DNA of 64,000 bases from Podarcis erhardii (taxonomy: Eukaryota): NCBI GenBank assembly GCA_964252035.1, contig OZ176210.1. The stretch is one strand, 5' to 3'. The notes beneath the pieces were generated by a model that was given only the letters and a program-made list of their open reading frames with translations, had not been told where the DNA came from and did no database searches. The position numbers were made by a program, and so were the translations under genes. Below are positions 11,351 to 25,338 of this stretch, in pieces (within the stretch, counting starts at the first letter, position 1; every line of letters starts with the position of its first letter).

Positions 11351-14321
11351 TCGTGGGCTCCCAGCCCTGAAGCTGTCCACCTGCCAACTGTGCCTATTGT
11401 TTGTGGGTGAACCAGCATTCCCAAGGAATAACGTTTTCCGAAATAGAAGCGGCCAGTTATATAACTCCATAAAGTGCACCGGGGGATGCAAAATGCTGCC
11501 GTTATTAAGGACACGCTGCATCCTCCTGCGCTCGGCAACGTTTGCCTCAAGTGGGCTGCGCCACCATTAAAACAAACACACCATTTATTATTATATGACA
11601 ACACTTTTTGCTTCGCCATTGGCTAGCAACCCTTTGGATGTTCATCATCAGCCTTAATAGTGCAAACAGTATTTTTAGCATCGGTATTATGAAGTCTTTT
11701 CAGGGTAAATTTGGCAGCGGGCGGTGGGGAGGAGGAGAACCTATGAAGTTGTACTGGGGAAAATTTCCCATAAGTTACATAATTTCTAACAGAGATGATG
11801 CTGGATGCAAATGAAGCTCTGAGTCAGCACTGTGTCACTAATCACAAGTTTGCATTGAGGTCACCATGTTCTAGTCTTCATCCTAAAGGGCAGGTCTATG
11901 TTGGAAGAAGACAGTTATTATATTTATTTTCATAAAAGGGCATGTTTCCCTTTGCCATTTCCATCAGTTCAGTTGTGTGGTTCATTTCAAACAAAAATGT
12001 GGAAAGCAATTTGGGGCTGCATTGAGAGGTGATAAATTATTATTATTAATAATTTATTTCTATAGCAGCATCAGTGAGCATAGTGCTTTACAGAGTCCGT
12101 AAGGACATTCCATACATTGGTGGTAGTTGGTGGATTTGGGGAGAGTGGGTGGGGCAGCTGCTGCTGTTTTCATCATTTCATCTCTTGCCCATGGCTAATA
12201 TGCTTATGCATTGTGTAAATAACCATGGCCAGCCTGAGGCCTAGCTGGAATGTGCATGCGAGTTGCTGTAGGATGGTGATAGGAAGAGTTCAAAATATTT
12301 ACCAGGAAGCTTCCTTTTACTTGCAAAATGTTTTATCGATTGTTGTCGTTTCATTTGTTTTTTGTTTCCCCCCTAACAATCTAAACTACCTCGGGAATAT
12401 CTAATTGAAAGATGATTTAGACATGTTTTAAATAAATAAATAAAGTGCATGTCTCAGCAAAACCCAAAATGCAGCCTCACAGTAGACATAAGATCCATAG
12501 TGACAGACCTGCTGTATTTCGTGAACATCTTGAGCCCAGCAACATGTAGTCTGAGTTCTTGTCTCCGGTGGTGAGTGCACTCATTCTTCAGCACTGGGAC
12601 TTGGTTTGCCATTAAATGAAGAAAAGAGTTCCCTTAAGGATATGGAATGTGCCAAGCTTCCTCCCAAACTCAGGCTTCAAGCAATTTCTAAAAGCTCATT
12701 TGGAACCCAAGCTCGCCCCATCTTAACCCCCTCAAGGTTCACAGAATCTTAGCACTACGACTCGCTCCCCTGGCCTCTGAGTATGAGCCACCAAGCATAG
12801 ATCATAGATCATAATAGCCTCCATATGCCAGTAGTCCAGAAAATGTACAACATTTGGCTCAGTTTGGTTTATCTCAATTTTACTGAAACATAAATTATTG
12901 TCTTCCCTTTGAACGCCCCCTCCTGCATTCATAAACAGACCAACACTTGATATTGTTTCATTGGTAAAATTAGAGGGAAAATGACTATTACTCATACTTA
13001 TTCTAAGTACAATCACAAGGGCTCCTGATTGGATGTTCGGCTATGTGATGCTGAATGTTATCTGTTATCTCTGTTCTTTGTTTTTGTTTAAATTCAGGAA
13101 CCAAGAACTTACACATTGATCACTAATAATGAACCATATGTTGTAGGTATTACTGAAAATTTATTATGCTATTTTTGTGATATACAAATGAAATAAGAAG
13201 ACTTGGTATATTTATTTGTATTATTATTCCTACGATCCTTGTTTATAAAATCCAATAAAAGGTTATTAAAAATAATAGCCTCCATATTTTGAGAACTAGG
13301 GAGAACACTTGAACAGACCAGGAAACACACCCCAGTTCTGCTCTTTGGGGAAACTGTACCCAAACTGCAGCAACCTCTCTCTTTCTCACTTTAACCCCTC
13401 CCAGAAGTCAATATTGCAACCCAACCGAATCCATGCATATAGTTGATAGAACTACCGGTATGAATATGCTCCACCCCAATAGGCAGACAGTGTTGGGTAG
13501 CAATGCCAGCACAACCAGGTTCCTACCAGCATAAATGCTGGCTCCCTTGGCCTGAAGTGAGATGAACGCTGCACCCCATAGTCGTCTTTGACTGGACTTA
13601 ACTGTCCAGGAGTCCCTTCACCTTACCTTTTTTACCATAGGGCAGAAGAAAAGACCCAGAAGAAAAATCTAGAAATTCCAGAGTCAGGAAATTAATTTCT
13701 GTGTTGCGAAATGAAATCATTGTCTCTGCTCAGATCCAAATGAACAGAATTGGCCTACTTGATAAATTGTATATTGTTGATCACCGCTTGGTTCCGTATC
13801 ATTTCCAACTACTCCGTTTCCTCCCTTTTGTGCCCATTTTTTTTTAAAAGCATGATGTTTTCACTGTTTTTCAAATATATAAGGAAAAGAAAACAGAATA
13901 AAACCCACAATACATTGCACCCATTTGTATGCATACCTGCCAGCTGAGGGTGACACTTTATGTCTCTGTTGAAGGGGCTTCTCTAAGCCACAAAAGTTTC
14001 TGTCATTATAAATTGGTTAGTTTTGGTATGCTGTGAGATTCTTAGTTCTTCCCTCAGTCCTCATGCAGGGAAATAGAGAGCTTAACAGGCTTAACTGCTT
14101 CCTGCATCCCCACATTTTGGCTCTTTGAAGTGCAGCAGTTGCATGTTGGGAGGCAAATCCCAACAAATCAGCTATGTGCATGATCGGATCTCTCAGTCTA
14201 CAGATGGTAGCAAGGCAGAGGGGCAAAGTCAGTTAAGAAGATAAAAGGTAATTTGATGAATTTATCGGTGCCCAAGGCCTGGGGGGCGGGGACCCTGTCT
14301 TTCTATAAGCACTCCTTATCC

Positions 14322-14770
14322 CAGGGGTCAGCAAACTTTTTCAACGGGAGGCTTTGTGGAGGGCCGGACTATAAGCCATCCCCCCTGACTTTCCCCTCCC
14401 TTCTCCACAGCACTGGACGAGCCCTGGTGGCTGCTTACCTGTGTCTTGCGAGCTGCAGGGACTGGCGGCGGCAGCGAGGGGACAATGAGCAGTGTACAAA
14501 AGGGCTCCAGAGAAGGGCTGCTTAAAATGGCAGCTGCTTGAGCACTGCTGCTGCTGGCACCAACAAAGCCCAGCCCCCTTCCTCCTCTAGGCAGGGCAGG
14601 GAGAAGCCAGGAGGGAGGGAGGGAGGGAGGAGGTGCCGGCGCCACCACCGAGGGAAGGAGAGGGAAAGCTTGCATGTGCGATTCCTGGACCATCCTGGAC
14701 CATCCGCGGGCCGGATCCAGAAGGCAATTGGGCCTGATCCAGCCCACAGGCCTTAGTTTGCCGACCTACG
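14322..14770. mobile_element. Non-autonomous hAT (Charlie/MER58-like) element, 449 bp
   Basis: TIRs caggggtcagcaaact / agtttgccgacctacg, with a perfect 8-bp TSD ccttatcc (14314-14321, 14771-14778). Confidence 0.88.
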
Positions 14771-15098
14771 CCTTATCCCTTCCCTGTTTTGGTTTTTGGA
14801 GAGGAACAGCAATGGGGGAAAGCAAAAAGGATTGGTTAATGAAATACTGTTTAATTGATTTTTTTAAAAAAAATGTTGGAATGGGCAGAGCCCTATAGTA
14901 TGTGATAAAGGAGTCTTCATTATCCACAACAAACTCTTCTAACCTCAGCGGAATTCAGTAAAGTAGTATCCAGAAAAACTGTTGTTGAAATCTAAAAGCT
15001 TTTGCGTTCTCAGTTTTAATGGGTTTCCCTTTATTTCCTTAGAACTAATTTGATTGTTCTTACTTTTGTGATTCAGGGGAGCTTCACAGACCTTGAAA

Positions 15099-15198
15099 AT
15101 GTCTTCTGTCAAACGCCTTGTATATGCTGTCATCCATTTCTTGCGAGAACAGAGTCAGATGGATGCATTCACATCAGATGAACAAGAAAGCTTGGAAG
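15099..15198 (+). CDS. SGTB: SGTB first coding exon (exon starts 15077; ATG 15099)
   Basis: MSSVKRLVYAVIHFLREQSQMDAFTSDEQESLE matches the SGTB N-terminal dimerisation domain. Acceptor attcag|g, donor GAAG|gtttgt. Confidence 0.96.
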
Positions 15199-15469
15199 GT
15201 TTGTGGTGATGACTGAAGAGTCATGATGCCTGATGGAAGTGTTGATGTCAAATGTGTGAAAACCAAGAGAGGCATTAAAGCTGTGTTTGTTTTATTCTGT
15301 GCTGGAGGTTTTCAAGCAGAGACACCTTGTTAGAAGATGACTAATAGCAGACAGACTTCCCAGAAAGACAGCTTGTCGAAACACAACCAATGTTCTCTTG
15401 CAGTGCGTAACCCCTGGAGAGAGCTGGGTCAGATTGCAGTGGGCAGCCAGACCTGGCGCCTGTTTTGTC

Positions 15470-15836
15470 TTCCTGAATGTTGGAAGATGCAAGACAGATA
15501 AGAGAAAGTACTTCTACATGCTGTGCATAGTTAAACTGTGGAACTCACTCCAACAGGAGGCAGTGATGGAAGCAGCAATGGATGCCAACTAGGGTGGCTT
15601 TAAAAGAGGATTGGACAAATATATAAAGGATAAGGCAACTAGCCATGATGGCTATGATCTGTCTCCATGATCAGAGACAGCAATGCTTTTAAATACCAGT
15701 TTCTGGAAACCACAAGAGGAGAGAATGCTCTCATGCTCGGGTCTTGCATCCAGGTTTCCTGCAGGCATCTGAGCAGCCAATATGAGAACAGGATGCTGCA
15801 GTAGATGTGCCATTGGCCCTGATCCTCATGCTCTTA
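15470..15836 (+). mobile_element. CR1-type LINE 3' fragment
   Basis: Encodes ...KTDKRKYFYMLCIVKLWNSLQQEAV, followed by ggctttaaaagaggattggacaaat and the typical squamate CR1 3' UTR (caggcatctg...gagaacaggatgctg). Confidence 0.75.
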
Positions 15837-18800
15837 GTTTACATGGAACAACAATGAGGCTCAGTTGGCAGGAAACCACAAACTGGGTGGGCTTGGTAGC
15901 CAAAAATTGCTTCTGGAGACTGGTGAGGCTCATCTTTCTTGCTTCATACACCACAGAGGCACAGTAGAGTCTTCCATGTGACATGCTTAGATCAAAGGCA
16001 AGGATAGGGAGGTTTAGCTCTAGGTCTGTCCCTCCATGTTGAGGGAATTTCAGCTGGGAGTGGCTCCCATCCTGCCTGTAGTCAACTGCAGTTTCTCAAG
16101 GTACTTCCTACCCGAGAGTTGAAAGGAGATGATGGCAAAACCATAGTTCATTTGGGAGCCATCTGTAGGCCAACAGCAGATTCATTACATACATGAAATT
16201 GTCTTATTCTGCACTGGATATAGATGTGTGATTGCTAGGCTGTAAATGAACTGACCTGGACCCTGAGCTCATCTGAGGCACTGCTTCATGTTCCTCCTCC
16301 ACAGGAGGTTTGGAGGATGGCAACACAGGATCAAGTCTCTTCAGTGGTGGCCCCCTTTTGTTCAGAACAGTGAACTGCAGTACTTGCATAGGCATAACCC
16401 AGCAAGATAGAGTCAAATGGAATTGACATGCTGAGGGATTAGGAAATTTGTGCTTGATTAGACAGTAGAATTTTTCCAAGTGTAAGCGATCCAAGCATAC
16501 AGTGAGATTAAGTAGCAGGGAAAGAGATATATTAAAGCTCAAGCAGAGCATGAAGCAATATAGCTTCATGAGAAGCTATATTGAGAAGGCTATGGATCAG
16601 GCTATAGATAGGGATGGGGAACATGGGACTTTCCAACATGGGGCTCCAACTCCCATTATCCCCAGCCAGCATTGCCACTGGTCAGGGATGGTAGAAGCTG
16701 AAGTCCAACGTTAATCTAGCACGTCACAGGCTTCCCACTTGTGACATATATATATATAGTGTGTGTGAGTGGTTGCACAGATTGAGGGCATAGACAGGAA
16801 TAGGAAGCTTATATAGAAACAAAGAGGAGGAGTCATGACCTATTAAGCAAAGTGAGTGCAGCAAGATGATGGGACTAATCAGGGAGGCATCACAAATTGC
16901 ATAGCAATCGAGGCCCTTTGTATGACTTACAAGACCTTTTACACGCTCCTACATAAATATATGGGAATTCTGAGTTCCTTGGCACAGCACGTACCTTGAC
17001 CAGCAGAGTACCAATTCCTAGTATGGGCAGCAGGAATTGAGCAACTTCATGCATGGAAGAATCTGCAGTAGAAGTCCCTTCATCCTCCGCCTTGCCTTAC
17101 TCCCAGTCGTAATATATGGGGGTTGGCGGGAGGTGGAGCATCTATGGTGCTCTTCAAGTGGTGATGGCACTCCCCAGGAATGGGAGAGGCAGGGCAGAGG
17201 TCCAGGGAACTCATGAGCTGGCAGTGGCTCCACAGATGTGCACCTGTGGGCTGCTTCTATTTTGGAGGGGCCCCCAATACTTACTGTTACCCTGTTGTGC
17301 CCTTTTCCCCATGCCAGTGAATGCTGCTCTGCCCTTGTGTCATGTGCCACTCTGCCATACTCCCTTGTTTTTCACAGGTTTTTTCTTAACATCAAATGCA
17401 GTTTTGCTGGGGGGATATGTATTCGGTGTTTTTTAGGCCTTGCGGGCCTGCAAAGATTGAGGGTGTAATCCCATGTTGAGCCTGCTGGCATGGAAAGCAT
17501 CTCAGCAATAAAAAAGAAGGCAGCTTGGCTTTTTGTTAGGAAAAAATTGTTAAAATAAATGAACAATTGACAGGTTTTTTTGGAAAGGTTTGGAAATAAT
17601 TCCAGGTTAAAAGTTTCCTTTTCCAAAACAAAAGCAGTGTAGTGTAGTAAATATACAGTGTTGTACTCAGTTTGGGGAAACCCAGGTTAAAATCCAACCT
17701 GAACTGCAAATCTTACCACCTAACGCCAAGCCCTAACCTCACAGGTTTGTTGTGAGAGAGTATCAGTATACATTAGCTTCCTGCATCATGGTGTCCCTCT
17801 AAATGTTTTGTGCTATAGCTCTCATCATCCTAGGATTATTGGCCATGCTGGTTGCAACTGATGGGAGTTTTGGTCCAAAACAGGAGGGGGCATCAGTTTG
17901 GGGAAGGCTGATGTACATTACCTGAAACTTTTGGAGTAAGGGGTAGGAGAATAGTGAAGCTGTTGCAATAGTTTTACTACAAAACATGCTCATTATTCTT
18001 TAACAGCAAAGTAACTTAATAACGTTGATATCCTATAAAACCATTCCGAATTCCAGAAAATTGTTTGGAAGTATCACAAACCTAAATAAAATTTTATTTG
18101 AAACCATTTGTTTATTTTAGACTGTTCTATCTCAGGAGGTCAGAGTGCTTTATAGCAATTGCAAACAGATGATGCAGTTTGTTCTAGAAGGCCCGTTATT
18201 ATTTTAGAAACTCTGCACCTTTGGTACTAATGGAAGTTGTGCGGATGGCATGTTCGTTTGTTTTTCTTGCTTGGATAACACGTGCACTTTTGTTAAATCA
18301 AACATTTTTGTGACGTTAAAGAGAGAGAGAGAGAGAAATAAATATTGCAAGTTATCAAGATAGGCCCAGTCTGTCCTTATTTAGCCATAGAGAGGAATGA
18401 TTGCCCAGCTCTCGCTGCCTGTCGGAAAGAGTTGACAATGTAGGAGTACATGAATGTGGTTGGTCTCTGATCGGTATAGAAGCAAGCCTAATTCAAACCA
18501 TGGGTTCTCCAGCTGACTTGATTAGTTTGTTATAAATTTCAGTCCTCAGTCCAGATGACACAACAAGCCAAGTTTCAGGGAAAATAAGCCTAAATGCTGC
18601 CAAAGTTGTGGGGCAGGAAGGAGGTTTGTGTGGGCCTAAGGATCCCCTCAGGCTTGTTCTAGGTCAGGCTTATAGCGTTAAACCATGGTTTACCATTTCT
18701 TGTGAAAGTGGCCAAAGGGTGTAGTTGACTTAGAAACTAGGAAGACATGATACAAACAGCCACACCATTATTTTCCCCATATGAAGTACATTTCCAAAGA

Positions 18801-19254
18801 AATTCTAATCCAAATTGCCTTTTGATGGAGGCTGAGAAAGCTGACTAGTATTTATAAATAACTACTTAAATCTATAAGTACTTATTGATGAAGCACGTTC
18901 CTGTGGCCAGGTTCGTCAACTGAGTCTGGGTCAATTGGTGTTGACTGAGAGAAGGCAGTGCTTTATTGATCCATTACATGTTATATTTGCTGATTTGCAC
19001 AGATTTAGCTGCCAAAATCCACCTCTGATTTCTTTCAAGTTCTTTGCTTTCTGCCATTAATATCCTGCCTTTCTTCTATCATGGCATACATATGGTCACC
19101 CTTCCGCAATAGTGGGTTTGATTCTGGTGTTAGTGAATTGTCATTATAAGGCAGCAACCATGGAATGAAGAAGAATTTGTGTTACTCGTATATATTGGTA
19201 AATTAACAGGTGGTTTCCTTTTTAAAAAACAAAACAAAACATATTTCTCTACAG

Positions 19255-19358
19255 TGGCAATTCAGTGTTTGGAGACAGTCTTTAAAATTAATTTGGAGGA
19301 TTCCCATCTTGCAGTACCTATACGTTTGACAGAAATGTTTGAAGATTCTTGTCACAAG
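19255..19358 (+). CDS. SGTB: SGTB coding exon 2
   Basis: (V)AIQCLETVFKINLEDSHLAVPIRLTEMFEDSCHK; ctacag|TG ... AAG|gtaaga; 104 nt. Confidence 0.96.
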
Positions 19359-20578
19359 GTAAGATTGTATTGGAGCAGATATGTTTATAACTTAAATAAT
19401 TTTAACAGGGCACAGTTTTTATTTTCTTAGACTGTTTTAGTTCTAGCATGTTAGTTGAAGAAAAGGGACTAGTGGTCTGGTTCAGACAATCATATCTGCC
19501 CTTAATAAGCTAAGAACAAAGAGCCTCACATGCAACTCTTTTTCTACTGCTTTTGCAACACACCTGAATTCAATGAAGAAGCCACCAATGAACCATAGTT
19601 TGAACAGGAAAACTTGGTGGTCACCATCTTTGGAGCAAGCCAGAATCTAAAACCATGAGTTGAGGCTTACTTAAATTTGTAGTCTTGTTCCATCCTGTCT
19701 TGTTCCAAGGCTGGTAAGTATAGTCTCCTGGTTTGGACAGGAGACTACCATGTTGGATTCAGGCCAGTAAAGGGCAGCAGAACAAACTGCATGTGCAGGT
19801 ACAAGGTTCATTCATATTTCATCTTATTAAGCCAAAATAATGATTGTTAAAACACTGGTAATCTCTCAAAAGAGGCTTCAGTAACAAGTAAATATATACG
19901 TACAGATGAACTAAAAATGAATAAATACGCAGTAGTTACTATCCTGATATGTGTGTGCCAAGTTTTTACTTGAAAGCAAGTGTTTAATTTTAAAATAAAT
20001 TAGACTTTTATATGGGTACAAACGTTCTGAGGGTCAGGTACCTGTTACTGAGTTAACAGCTAGATTACAAATTTCCAGCACCCAGCGTTGAGCTGCATGC
20101 AGGAATCTGCATATTTATTAAACAGGTTTTGCAATATTCACCACTTGTTTTGGGCAGAAGACAGTCACGTGCTCAGATAGATAATCAATGTTGTAGAAGC
20201 TGACTGCATGCAACTGAGTCCAGCATGGATCTCTGCACTTTCACACCCAAGAGCTGAATGTTTTGTTTTAAAACCCAGTGCAGTAAATGCAATTCATACT
20301 TGAATATTCCAGATTACTATATTATTTTGATTGGTGTCTCAGTTCCCTGACGCACTTAAAAATGAGAGTCATATCCTTTATACCAACTGATTTTTCTTGC
20401 CCTTTTTTAGATTATTCATCTGTACCATGCAGAATAAGCTAATATTAGCTTATTGGCCTTCTCATTGCTGATAGGCCCACTCTGGCTAAATTTCCATTTA
20501 AGACTGGTAATAGAGGTAGCTAAATCTAGATAAGATTATTTAAAAAATGAGATTTACCTTTCTTTAAAATTCATATAG

Positions 20579-20648
20579 AATGAGATACTGCCTCTCTCAG
20601 ATTCTTTGCCAGAGGATCTTGAGAAAGCTGACCAGCTGAAGGATGAAG
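20579..20648 (+). CDS. SGTB: SGTB coding exon 3
   Basis: NEILPLSDSLPEDLEKADQLKDE(G); catatag|AAT ... GAAG|gtatgt; 70 nt. Confidence 0.95.
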
Positions 20649-22440
20649 GTATGTAACTGAGAAGAAGTAAACATACCATTCCATTTTGCCATAGCGTTTG
20701 TAGTTCAGTTGTCGGCCATATTGAAGTATGGTTCATGAATGATGCGCAGCTATTCAGGCTTCTAGCCAACCCTGTTAGTAGAGAACTGTTGCGTATTGCA
20801 TTAGATGCTGTATAATAGAAAGGAATAGTCTGCTGGCTGCTCTGAAGGAAATGAAAAAGCACTTACTTGAAAGTAGGGCTGCAAAGTTAGTGAGCTGGAC
20901 TCGTTCAATTAAAAACTTCTAAACTACTAAAAAGGTTCCCTCATTTAATTGGGCAGCAGTTAAAATATATATTTTAATACAAACTTGTATAAAAAGCTGT
21001 GGGTGAGTAGTTCAGTCTTGGAAGAGGCAGTCTCCCTTCTCTCTTACACAGAGAGTGTGTGTCTTCTGAGATAACTGCTATTAAACAAGGGAGGAATTCA
21101 ATGTCACACTCTTGAAATTGCTCCGTCAGCATAATATTTTCAGCTTGCCGGATGGAATAATCCTCCATTCTCCTCCCTCCCCCCCCCACTGTTCTGGAGG
21201 TTCTTCTGACCTCCCTTGGAGCCAAATTTGGGGTGGCCATGGGGGAGAAGCCACGCTACACAAGCAGAAGTCCTTGTGCATGGCTTCCACTGAAAGGGCT
21301 TGTTAGGTGATTCCTGCCCCCCAAGTGTTTTATTGTCATCATACAAAATAAAAATAAATAGAACAAAATACTTATTGCTTCAGAAATATGATTTGTGCCT
21401 GTGTGCAAATTTAATTGCCTATCTAATTAGTAGATTAACATTTCTTTAATACACTTGCAGCTCTGTTTGGAAGTAATCCCACTGAATTAAGTAAGACTTC
21501 CATAAAAATGAGTTAGATTTCCTGTCTCTGTTGTGTGCTGATTGCAAGCAACACCTTTAAGGCATGTTCTCCCCCCCCCCCCCCGCCCGGAATGCTGGGC
21601 ATTGTAGTTCGTTAAGGGTTGATGGGAATTGTAACTCTGTGAGGGATAAGCTCGCAGTGGCGGTGTTGAATCCAGGAGCACTGCCAAACTGCAGACCTAC
21701 TCCTTCCAGATGAGCGTGGTATCATCCAGAACAGGCCATCTTCACACCTCCCTGATGTGATAACTCAGGAAACATACCAACTCAGTTTTTTCAGGATTCA
21801 GCTTCATTTTACTGACCTACATAAAGCCCATCACCATCTCTAAGCTCTCACCTCCACTGCCTCTCCTGATTCAGATGGAACAGAGAGATAGAACAGATAT
21901 ACTGAATAACTGTTAAGTATTTTATATATACGTACTGCAAATCCTTACAGTTGTTATCCCGTTCACCCATGCTGTAGGCCTATGAAATAGGTAATAAAAG
22001 CTTCCCCCATTTTAGAGATTTGGGGCACGAAGGCTGCAGTTCTGTGATATGTCCAAGGCCCCCACTCATTTATGACACGGCGTCTAAACACAAAGCTTTC
22101 AGATACAGTTATGGTACTCTAGCTACTAAACTATACTGACTCGCTTATTCTACCCAGTTTCCTCCTTGTTTAAAATGACGAAATCTCTTGAATTTCCACA
22201 AGCAAAGGTCATATGTTGTGTCATTTTGTATCAAGGAAAATTGCATGGGAAAGGCATGCATAGTTCTAGTTGGCATGTGTTATACTGCTGAAAGCAATTT
22301 GTTTCTGAAAAGACAGTTGCAAAGGGCAACAGAGTCATAAAAGTGCTTTATGTGGTGTAGTTTATAACAATCTGTGGCTGTTGTTTAATACATCAGCATT
22401 CCAATTATACACAAAATTTTATTGTTGCAATTTATTTCAG

Positions 22441-22540
22441 GTAATAATCACATGAAGGAAGAAAATTATGGTGCTGCGGTGGATTGTTATACTCAGGCTA
22501 TAGAACTGGATCCAAATAATGCAGTCTATTATTGCAACAG
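22441..22540 (+). CDS. SGTB: SGTB coding exon 4 (TPR1)
   Basis: (G)[32 protein letters not shown](R); tttcag|GT ... CAG|gtaaat; 100 nt. Confidence 0.97.
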
Positions 22541-22961
22541 GTAAATAAACTTGGAACAATGAATTATATCAGTCCTACCATCTGTCTATATATCTACAGT
22601 TCCCCAGAACACGGCTGCAAACTCTTGTCCTTGTTTGATCACCAGCATGGTTTCCCCCCCTATAAAAACTCCACTACATTTCCTTAAGTAGTCCAGTTCA
22701 TTCCATTGCGAAGTTAGTTTTGTTCAGGTGACTTTGCTGGGGATAGGGTTGCAATTCTAAATATATTTGCTTGGAATTAAGTTCTGCTGAGATTGATTGG
22801 AATTAATTTCCAAGAAAACATGATTAGGATTGGGCTGCAAATTAGTTTAAATGTTACGATGTCAACATTACTGGATTGGGTTGATGAGTGGATGGATAGT
22901 CTCGTTGTTGATATACACTTTTCTTAGCTGCACTCTTTGTTCTTTTTCTTTTTCACTTCAG

Positions 22962-23066
22962 AGCTGCTGCTCAAAGTAAGTTGAGTAACCATAATGAAGC
23001 AATAACGGACTGTGAAAGAGCTATAGCAATAGATCCAAAATATAGCAAAGCATATGGAAGAATGGG
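22962..23066 (+). CDS. SGTB: SGTB coding exon 5 (TPR2)
   Basis: [34 protein letters not shown](G); cttcag|A ... GG|gtaagt; 105 nt. Confidence 0.97.
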
Positions 23067-24246
23067 GTAAGTAAACCTAACTTGTTTGAACATCAAATTA
23101 AAGTGTGTTGTCCTAACACACTTACACATCAGTTATCAAACTCTCGCCACACTTACAGTATGCCCCTGGAATAATTTCTGATCGCTTGGCAACTGCCTAT
23201 CAGATTTATTTTATTCTACCAGTACATAAACACTGCAGACTCTGTCTAAGAGGAGTCAATATAGATGTCATTGAGAATGATACAGCAGCAATAGCAACTA
23301 TTAATTTTGTTTGGCCTAAAACATTAGATGTACAACTACAGTGCTAATTGCAATAAGAAACATATTTGAGTTAGATGGTATTGGTTAAGTTGGACCCTCT
23401 GTAAAAGAGACAAAGCTGGTGAGATGATACCTTTATTGGGCTACCTAGGACTGCAGATGTGCAATTTTGAATTTAGCTGAACCTTTCAACCTTTAGCTGA
23501 ACAGCCAAAATTACTAGTACAAAATTACTAGTAACTTGCATCTTACATGGGGGTTTTGTTCCTGGCTATTGTGCATGCAAGCAAAACCATGTAAAGCCAG
23601 AACGACCCCCTAGAAAGCCATTTTTAAAATCGCTGCACTTACATTTTTCCTAGAACCCTGCCCCCTTTTATTTTTTTTGTCAAGCTTGAAGTTAAATGCA
23701 AGTGAGCGGCAGGCTTGCTGTAAATTTCTCATATGACTTTACTTTTATTTTATACTTTGAAGAATTTTATCATTTATACAAGACATCTGTTTTTGAAAAT
23801 TGAAGTTAACTTTGCAAGTAGTTTGTCTTGTCTAGAGCACAGAATAGTCTGGCACTGGCACTGAATGAGGTACTGCCCCACCAACCTCACCCTGCCCCCA
23901 TATGTCTGCCTTCTTACTTACAACCAGTCAGAAGGTGACTCTGCTTGTCACTGGTTCTGGTTTCAGCTACTGTTGGGCTTCCTGCCTCCCGCTCTCCTAG
24001 TCTCAATGGACACCAGCCAGTCAGTGTAGGTAGGCAACACTCTAGTTCACTGCTGGGAGTTCCCTGACACCTCAAAGCCAAAATAGACTTCTTATGTCTT
24101 AAAAGTTTTGTGGACTAGAGTCTACTTCCTTAGAATTTAAGCAGCATTTACATTTTTTTTCATTTAAATGAATGCAAATTAGATCAGAAAATACAAATAC
24201 TCTTTCATATTGGCTTTTTCACATTGGCTTCCTTTGTTCATATCAG

Positions 24247-24385
24247 ATTGGCTCTGACTTCAATGAACAAATACCAAGAAGCAATTAATAGCTATCGAAA
24301 AGCACTGGACCTTGATCCGGAAAATGACTCCTATAAGTCAAATCTGAAAATAGCCGAACAGAAGTTGAGAGACATGTCCAGTCCT
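24247..24385 (+). CDS. SGTB: SGTB coding exon 6 (TPR3)
   Basis: [46 protein letters not shown]; atcag|A ... CCT|gtaagt; 139 nt. Confidence 0.97.
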
Positions 24386-24472
24386 GTAAGTTGGCTTTCA
24401 AACTATTTATTCAACTATTGTAATGACTCGGTGCTACTTTGTACAGGATTGATGCATATATTTAATTTTCAG

Positions 24473-24535
24473 ACTGGAACTGGATTAAGTTTTGACATGG
24501 CAAGCTTGATAAACAATCCTGCCTTCATTAGCATG
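24473..24535 (+). CDS. SGTB: SGTB coding exon 7
   Basis: [21 protein letters not shown]; tttcag|ACT ... ATG|gtaagt; 63 nt. Confidence 0.96.
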
Positions 24536-25300
24536 GTAAGTGCATTTAAAATTATTTTTTGTGGTTTCCGTTTCATGTCCTCCTTCTGTTTCATGTCTTA
24601 TTTTGCTCTCCTGAAGAGCAATTTAGAAACCTCAACTCTTCTTACTCAATGCTGACAAACCCCATGGTAGATTGTCACTGATTCTTTTGTTTTGCTATAA
24701 TGAATTCTGCTCCCAAGTTTTTGGAATGCATTTCAAAATAGTTTTGGGGAGGGTCTTATGGCTGCTTAGAAACTGGACCTACATTGTATATCCTGGTAAA
24801 ATGAGGTTTTCTATGAGCCTCTCAAAACTGAGACCCCGTAAGGTGTTGGATCCAGAGCTTTTGGAATGGAACTCTGCTAACTGGGTGCTCTCATAGGCAG
24901 AAGGGAAGGAGGGAGATGCAGTTTTTGCCAGTTGCCCCCTAAAGCCCCCCTATGCTACCTGAAAACCTGCTCCAGAATGTTGGAACATCTTCCAGAACAG
25001 TGTGGGAGGTGGCTCTTAGAGCCGCAGAGGGCAATGGAAATTGGCAAAAATTGCCTCGTCCCTTTTCCTCTAGCAGGAGCTTCCTCTGGATCCAGGTCGC
25101 TTCTGCAAATTGAGAAAGCCCTTCTGTTTGCAAAACAGCAGGTTTGGATCGAGCCCAAGGCATTTGCTTGCCAGACAGCTTGGGGCTGGTCAAAGGTTTG
25201 ACCTCTGTTCACAATGCTGTGGAATTTCAAGCCTCCTCTTTATTCACTGTGCTATGGGCTAAACATTGGCTGTATTACAACTCAATTTCATCTATTTCAG

Positions 25301-25338
25301 GCAGCGAGTTTAATGCAGAATCCTCAAGTTCAGCAACT
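25301..25338 (+). CDS. SGTB: SGTB coding exon 8
   Basis: AASLMQNPQVQQ(L); tttcag|GCA ... CT|gtaagt; 38 nt. Confidence 0.95.

Noticed and set aside
13097-13146. Possible cryptic 5'UTR exon in SGTB intron 1 (ttcag|...tag|gtatta)
   Set aside because: Splice-like motifs only, weak donor, no homology or other support.
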